Below, one piece after another: positions 58,789-64,000 of a stretch of 64,000 nt of DNA. The notes under the pieces were generated by a model. The model worked only from the letters and a program-made list of their open reading frames with translations. It did no database searches and was not told where the DNA came from. This DNA comes from Vulcanimicrobiota bacterium (lineage in GTDB: Bacteria; Vulcanimicrobiota; Vulcanimicrobiia; Vulcanimicrobiales; Vulcanimicrobiaceae). The first letter of the stretch is position 1. Every line of letters begins with the position of its first letter. Location: contig CAWCIZ010000004.1 in the NCBI GenBank assembly GCA_963795855.1, forward strand, positions 128,001 through 192,000, in the 5' to 3' direction. The position numbers and the translations under genes are program-made.

Positions 58789-60489
58789 ATGCTCAAGCCC
58801 GCCAGTCCGCTCGTCGTTCCCGATCCGCCTGCGGAGCCGTACGTTCGAATCGTTCCGCTCGGCGGCTGCGGAGAGATCGGCCGCAATATGACGCTGATCG
58901 AGACGAACGAGGACATGGTCGCGGTGGACTGCGGGCTCATGTTTCCGGACGAAGAGATGTACGGCGTCGACATCGTCATCAACGATTTCACGTATATCCG
59001 CGAACGCCGCGAGAAGTTTCGAGCGATACTCGTAACGCACGGGCACGAAGATCACATCGGCGGCATTCCGTATCTGCTGCGCGAGTTCAACGTCCCCGTG
59101 GTGGGCACGCCGCTGACGAACGCGCTCATCAAAGCAAAAGCGCGCGACCATAAAATGATGGGCGAAGCGCAATTCGTCACCGTGCAGCCCGGCGATCGTG
59201 CACGCTACGGACAGATCGAAGCGGAATTCGTGCACATCAATCATTCCGTCGCGGGCGCGTGCTCGCTCGCGCTGCGCACGCCGGTGGGGACGATCTTCCA
59301 CACCGGCGATTTCAAGTTCGATCAAACGCCCATCGACGGCAAGCCGGCGGACTTCGCGGCGATCGCGCGCATCGGCGAGGAAGGCGTTCTCTGCATGCTG
59401 TCCGACAGCACGAATGCCGAGCGACCGGGTCACACGCAATCCGAGCGAATCGTAGGCGAGGCGTTCAATACGGTTTTTTCTCAAGCGAAAGGGCGCATCA
59501 TCGTCGCGTCGTTCGCCTCGAACGTGCCGCGCATCGCGCAGGTCATCGACCAGGCGATCCGCTTCAACCGGAAAATCGCCTTCCTCGGGCGATCGCTCAC
59601 CAACGTCGTCCATTTCGCTTCCGAACTGGGCTATTTGCGCGTTCCCGCGGATCGCACCATCCGCGTCGAAGAAGTGGACGAGTATCCACCCGAACAAGTC
59701 GTCGTCATGACGACGGGCTCGCAGGGCGAGCCGATGAGCGCGCTCACTCGCATGTCCGTGCGCGACCACGCAAAATTCAAAATCGTTTCAGGCGATACCG
59801 TCGTGATCAGCGCCACGCCGATTCCCGGAAACGAGAAAGGCGTGTACAAGACGATCAACAACTTGTGCCGCCTCGGTGCCACGGTCGTGCATGGGACCGA
59901 TGGGCGCTCTCACGTCTCCGGACATGCCTCGCAAGAAGAACTGCTGCTCATGCTCAATCTCGTGCGCCCCGAGTTTTTCGTTCCGGTGCACGGCGAATAC
60001 CGGATGCTCGTGCAGCACGGCAAACTTGCCGCGAAAACCGGAGTCGATCCGCAGAACGTGTTCGTCGTCGAAAACGGCGACGTGCTAGAGTTCACGCACG
60101 ACTACGGCGATAAGATCGGCAAGACGTACGGCGGCCACGTGCTCGTCGACGGTTCGAGCGTCGGCGACGTCGGTGAAGCAGTCTTGCGCGATCGGCGTCT
60201 GCTTGCCGCGGACGGATTCATGATGGTCGTGGTCACGATCGACAGCGAGGAGGCGCGAGTGATTGCCGGCCCGGATCTGATCTCCCGCGGCGTTTTCTAC
60301 GTTCCCGAATCGGACGGCGTCATGGACGATCTGCGTGCCGAACTCGTGACACTGATTGAAGAAGTGCCGGTCGAGGGGATTCGAGACGTAAACACGGTGA
60401 AAGAGCATATCCGCAGCGGTCTTGCAAAAGCAATCCACTCGCGGTACAGACGCCGTCCCGTCATCGTTCCCGTCGTGATGGAAGTGTGA
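58789..60489 (+). CDS. rnj: Ribonuclease J
   Basis: PLGGCGEIGRNM, THGHEDHIG, HTGDFK, SDSTNA, GSQGEP, HVSGHA, PVHGEYR. Confidence 0.96.
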   Translation: MLKPASPLVVPDPPAEPYVRIVPLGGCGEIGRNMTLIETNEDMVAVDCGLMFPDEEMYGVDIVINDFTYIRERREKFRAILVTHGHEDHIGGIPYLLREFNVPVVGTPLTNALIKAKARDHKMMGEAQFVTVQPGDRARYGQIEAEFVHINHSVAGACSLALRTPVGTIFHTGDFKFDQTPIDGKPADFAAIARIGEEGVLCMLSDSTNAERPGHTQSERIVGEAFNTVFSQAKGRIIVASFASNVPRIAQVIDQAIRFNRKIAFLGRSLTNVVHFASELGYLRVPADRTIRVEEVDEYPPEQVVVMTTGSQGEPMSALTRMSVRDHAKFKIVSGDTVVISATPIPGNEKGVYKTINNLCRLGATVVHGTDGRSHVSGHASQEELLLMLNLVRPEFFVPVHGEYRMLVQHGKLAAKTGVDPQNVFVVENGDVLEFTHDYGDKIGKTYGGHVLVDGSSVGDVGEAVLRDRRLLAADGFMMVVVTIDSEEARVIAGPDLISRGVFYVPESDGVMDDLRAELVTLIEEVPVEGIRDVNTVKEHIRSGLAKAIHSRYRRRPVIVPVVMEV

Positions 60490-60492
60490 GCA

Positions 60493-60798
60493 TTGAGCAC
60501 GAGAAAGCAATTCATCGCCGCGGCGGCAGCAGTTCCGCTCGTCGCGGCGGCGCCGCCGTCGCCGAAACCGGCCGCACCCGAGCCGACGCCGACACCCAAG
60601 AAATCGCAAGTCTCTGAAGCGGCGCGCGGACTTGCCGCGCAGATGCGCCGCTTCGACTCCTCGCTGAGCGACAAGGAGCTCGAGGAGATCGCCGCGGGGA
60701 TCGACGGCAATCTCAAGATCGGAGGCGCCGTCAATCCGCACGGCACGACGCTCAAGAATTGGGACGAGCCGGTGACCACGTTCGAGGTGCCGGAATGA
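60493..60798 (+). CDS. Small amidase-associated protein with Tat-like signal (GatC/AtzG-like)
   Basis: STRKQFI Tat-like motif, Pro-rich linker, C-terminal L.N.DEP..F; ATGA overlap with the amidase. Confidence 0.6.
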   Translation: MSTRKQFIAAAAAVPLVAAAPPSPKPAAPEPTPTPKKSQVSEAARGLAAQMRRFDSSLSDKELEEIAAGIDGNLKIGGAVNPHGTTLKNWDEPVTTFEVPE

Positions 60799-62198
60799 AC
60801 GAGGAAACCGTCGCGTTCTCCGACGCCGTCCAGCTCGGACGGCTGGTAGCGAACAAGTCCGTCTCCTCGGTCGAACTGACGAATCTGTATCTTTCGCGTT
60901 TGGAAAAATACGGTACGTCTTACGGAGCCGTAGTGACGGTCATGCGCGAGCGCGCCCTTCGCGAGGCTCGAGCTGCGGATAAAGAACTTGCCGCGGGGCG
61001 ATCGCGCGGACCGCTTCACGGCGTTCCGTACGGCGTAAAAGATTTGCTTGCCGCAGTCGGCGCGCCCACTACATGGGGAGCGGCGCCGTATCGCAATCAA
61101 GTCTTCGACTACGACGCAAGCGTCGTGCAGAAGCTGCATGCCGCGGGCGCAGTATTGTGCGCAAAACTGGCCATGGTGGAACTCGCGGGCGGCTTCGGCT
61201 ACAACGACGCCGACGCGTCGTTCACCGGGCCGGGCCGAACGCCGTGGAATCGCGCGTATTGGAGCGGCGGTTCTTCCAGCGGTCCCGGCGCTGCAGTCGC
61301 CGCCGGCCTCGTCGGATTTGCGATCGGCTCGGAAACGAACGGATCGATCATGGTTCCGGCCGCATTTTGCGGCGTCAGCGGCTTGCGTCCGACCTATGGA
61401 CGGGTCAGCCGCCACGGAGCGATGGCGCTGATGTGGACTTCCGACAAACTCGGGCCGCTGTGCCGGTCGGCACGCGATGCGGAGGTCGTTCTAAAAACGA
61501 TCGCGGGACACGATCCGAATGACGCAACCTCGCGCGACCGCGCATTTCCCGCCGTTCGCGGACGGCGGCCCAAGCTTGCCGTCGTAAAGAACGCGATCGC
61601 GAAGACGATGCCCGCCATCGCGAAAAATTTCGAAGCATCGCTCGACGTGCTCCGCGAATTTTGCGATCTCGCACCGAACGTAACGCTGCCGAAGGGACCG
61701 TACGGCGCGGTCTTCGGCGCGATCTTCAACGGCGAGTGCGCGTCCGCGTTTCGCGATCTCATCGAGAGCGGGCGTTCGCGCGAACTGCAGTCCGTCGACG
61801 ACAGAATCGGCGGATACGAAGCCTACGGCTCACTCGCCGTCGATTACGTGGACGGCATGCGCCGTCGCGCGATTCTCAACGCGGAACTCGATCGGGCGCT
61901 CTCGCGGTACGATGCCGTGGTCTATCCGACGCTGCCGACGGTCGCGTATCCGGTGGGCATTCCGTTCGACAAGGCCTATCCCGACAAATATTCCGGCGAA
62001 ATCGAAATGGGCAGTCCCGGCAACCTGGCCGGTTTGCCGGCGCTGAGCGTGCCCAACGGTTTTGGAGATCACGGATTGCCCACGGGCCTTGCGCTCATGG
62101 GACGACCGTGGGGCGAGCTGCAATTGACGCAAATAGCGAAGGCGTATCAAACGCGCACCCGGTTTCATTTGCAGCATCCCGTTTTGCACGCCGTTTAG
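60795..62198 (+). CDS. Amidase signature family enzyme
   Basis: GPLHGVPYGVKD, GGSSSG, GSETNGSI (Lys-Ser-Ser triad), GLRPTYGRVSRHG. Confidence 0.92.
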   Translation: MNEETVAFSDAVQLGRLVANKSVSSVELTNLYLSRLEKYGTSYGAVVTVMRERALREARAADKELAAGRSRGPLHGVPYGVKDLLAAVGAPTTWGAAPYRNQVFDYDASVVQKLHAAGAVLCAKLAMVELAGGFGYNDADASFTGPGRTPWNRAYWSGGSSSGPGAAVAAGLVGFAIGSETNGSIMVPAAFCGVSGLRPTYGRVSRHGAMALMWTSDKLGPLCRSARDAEVVLKTIAGHDPNDATSRDRAFPAVRGRRPKLAVVKNAIAKTMPAIAKNFEASLDVLREFCDLAPNVTLPKGPYGAVFGAIFNGECASAFRDLIESGRSRELQSVDDRIGGYEAYGSLAVDYVDGMRRRAILNAELDRALSRYDAVVYPTLPTVAYPVGIPFDKAYPDKYSGEIEMGSPGNLAGLPALSVPNGFGDHGLPTGLALMGRPWGELQLTQIAKAYQTRTRFHLQHPVLHAV

Positions 62199-62203
62199 CA
62201 CGC

Positions 62204-63037
62204 TTGGCGATTCTCTTCGGGCTGCTTGCGGCCGCCTTTTACGGAGCGGCGGACTTTTGCGGCGGCCTCGCCACGCGCAGCAGCAGCATGTTCGCGGTGG
62301 CGGTTGTTTCGCAGGGCGCCGGTTTCGTTCTGCTGTTTGCGGCTCTGCCGCTGCTGCCCGGACGGTTCACGGACGACGCAGTGCTGTACGGCCTGCTCGG
62401 CGGCGCATGCGGCGGCGCGGGAATCCTGCTGCTGTATCACGCGCTATCGATCGGCAAAATGGGCGTCGTGTCGCCGATCACCGCCGTGCTGGCCGCTTCG
62501 CTTCCCGTGGTCGCGGGCATTGCGCGCGGCGAGCGCTTGAGCCCGTGGCAATTCGCGGGCATCGCCGTGGCGCTGACGGCGGTCGTGCTGATTTCGTTCT
62601 CGAACGAACCGGACGGACGCATCGAACTCTCGACCGCCGGCGTTCGCGAGGCAATTGCATCGGGGTTTCTTCTGGGCGGGTTCTACATATGTTTGGCGCT
62701 TGCGGGAAAGACGGCGGGCCTTTACCCGCTGCTCTTTGCGCGTTTCGGATCGATGGCACTGCTCGCACTCGCGGCGCTGTTTTTGAAGCGCCCGCTTTGG
62801 CCGGCTGCCGCGTACCTGCCGCTCGTGCTTTTCGCGGGCGCTTTGGACATGAGCGCAAACATCCTCTACCTTAGCGCGGTGTATGCGGGGTATCTTTCGA
62901 TAGCTGCCGTTCTGACGTCGCTCTATCCGGCAAGCACGGTGTTTCTGGCTCGGTTCGTACTCGGCGAGCGTCTCGCGGGCGTGCAAAAGATCGGCGTGGC
63001 GCTCGCGCTCGCCGGCGTAGCGCTCATCGCAAGCTGA
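62204..63037 (+). CDS. EamA/DMT family transporter
   Basis: YGAADFCGG, GKMGVVSPI, LTSLYPASTVFLAR..LGER; about 10 TM. Confidence 0.88.
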   Translation: MAILFGLLAAAFYGAADFCGGLATRSSSMFAVAVVSQGAGFVLLFAALPLLPGRFTDDAVLYGLLGGACGGAGILLLYHALSIGKMGVVSPITAVLAASLPVVAGIARGERLSPWQFAGIAVALTAVVLISFSNEPDGRIELSTAGVREAIASGFLLGGFYICLALAGKTAGLYPLLFARFGSMALLALAALFLKRPLWPAAAYLPLVLFAGALDMSANILYLSAVYAGYLSIAAVLTSLYPASTVFLARFVLGERLAGVQKIGVALALAGVALIAS

Positions 63038-63038
63038 T

Positions 63039-63887
63039 TCAGCTGCTTCGGCGGATGTTCGCGAGTTGCGAGGCGTGAATGTATCGCGCGAGCTCTTCGC
63101 GTGCCATGCCGTCGACCTCGAGAAACTGTAATTCGTAGGAGTCGCGGCGCCGCGAATCTTTAACCGCTCCCAGCACGCGCGCACGCAGTTTGAGTTGCGC
63201 GAACGGGCGGCGCAAATACTTGCGGGGCACGCGGCGGTAACCGAACGGTCCGACGACGAGTTCGTCGTCTTTACCTTTGTGCACGCCGAGCACGTGCTCG
63301 GGCAGCGCGAACTGTAGAACGAGAACCGCTCCCGCTCGCAGCTGCTGCTCGCAACGCAGGCGCAAGCCGTTGCCGGTAACGTCCGAGGCCGACGCGGTCT
63401 TAGCGATCGCGCGCACGTCGTCCGCACGAAATGCGACCTGAAAGTCGTCGGGCACGCGATAGCCGGTGAACTGCGAAATGTCGACGAGCGAGGTGTCGTA
63501 GCTGCGCGCGGAAGCGGTGCGTTTGGCAAGCATCGCCGCCTCGCGCGACAACGCATCGGCATCGTCTGCCGGAATTTGTTCGAGCGCGACGGCATACTCG
63601 AAACCTACGCCGCCGTTTCGCGGAGTGTATCGCGCTGCAATAGCACCCGTCAGCGTCAGCAACTTTCCGTCCGTCAAGCGCCATTCGAACGAAACGGACG
63701 TGCCGCGCTCCAAAAGCATCCAGGAGCGCAAACGGCAGCCGGCCAACGCGATATGAAGCAAGGTCGCTTGCACGGGTTCCTTTACCCCGCGCAAACGAAG
63801 CCGCACCGGCACGTCGAAGCTCTGCTTGACGGCAGGCTGGTCGTTCGTTTGCTGCTCCGCCAAAGGCTTGCTTAACCAGGACATCAC
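63039..63887 (-). CDS. Tandem PilZ-like domain protein
   Basis: Two beta-barrel-like repeats with HIALAGCRL and DVTGNGLRL, each followed by a C-terminal helix. Confidence 0.6.
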   Translation of the reverse strand: MMSWLSKPLAEQQTNDQPAVKQSFDVPVRLRLRGVKEPVQATLLHIALAGCRLRSWMLLERGTSVSFEWRLTDGKLLTLTGAIAARYTPRNGGVGFEYAVALEQIPADDADALSREAAMLAKRTASARSYDTSLVDISQFTGYRVPDDFQVAFRADDVRAIAKTASASDVTGNGLRLRCEQQLRAGAVLVLQFALPEHVLGVHKGKDDELVVGPFGYRRVPRKYLRRPFAQLKLRARVLGAVKDSRRRDSYELQFLEVDGMAREELARYIHASQLANIRRSS

Positions 63888-64000
63888 TGAAAAGCGTACT
63901 ATGGCAAGCTTGCTCTGTCAGCGGCCAAAGGGACGAAGGATCGTCAATATTGTGTTAGGCTGCGCGTCCGTTTAACGCATTTCTTACAACGTCGACCAGA

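Overview
A GC-rich bacterial chromosomal window of mostly housekeeping and transport genes. A Terrabacteria-type diderm such as Vulcanimicrobiota/Eremiobacterota is my inference from gene content: TolC, Firmicutes-like yaaO-tmk-holB synteny and orphan family-5 SBPs. It holds bioAFDB, an Orn/Lys/Arg decarboxylase, a Ycf45-like ATPase, tmk, holB, mtnP, ychF, gdhA, an RND pump, lpdA-lipB-lipA, MocR-NTase-mutY-nth, scoAB, several ABC/MFS transporters, htrA, dnaK-grpE-dnaJ, a MacAB-TolC-like operon, rnj and an amidase. I found no rRNA, tRNA, CRISPR array, integrase or transposase. Four observations stand out. (1) Seven otherwise intact genes each carry a single 1-nt frameshift, and every repair lands on or next to the tetranucleotide AGCT. 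This points to a genome-wide DNA modification of AGCT read out as systematic sequencing error. (2) A dispersed, modular family of structured intergenic elements shares a 25-nt hairpin, GGCGC-GNA-GG-CTAGR-CC-GNA-GCGCC, found in the same orientation just upstream of three unrelated start codons. (3) A ~170-nt switch-like leader precedes the TolC/MacAB operon. (4) There is an exported Lys/Ala-rich Asr-like protein. All family assignments come from motif recognition by eye; no database searches were run.
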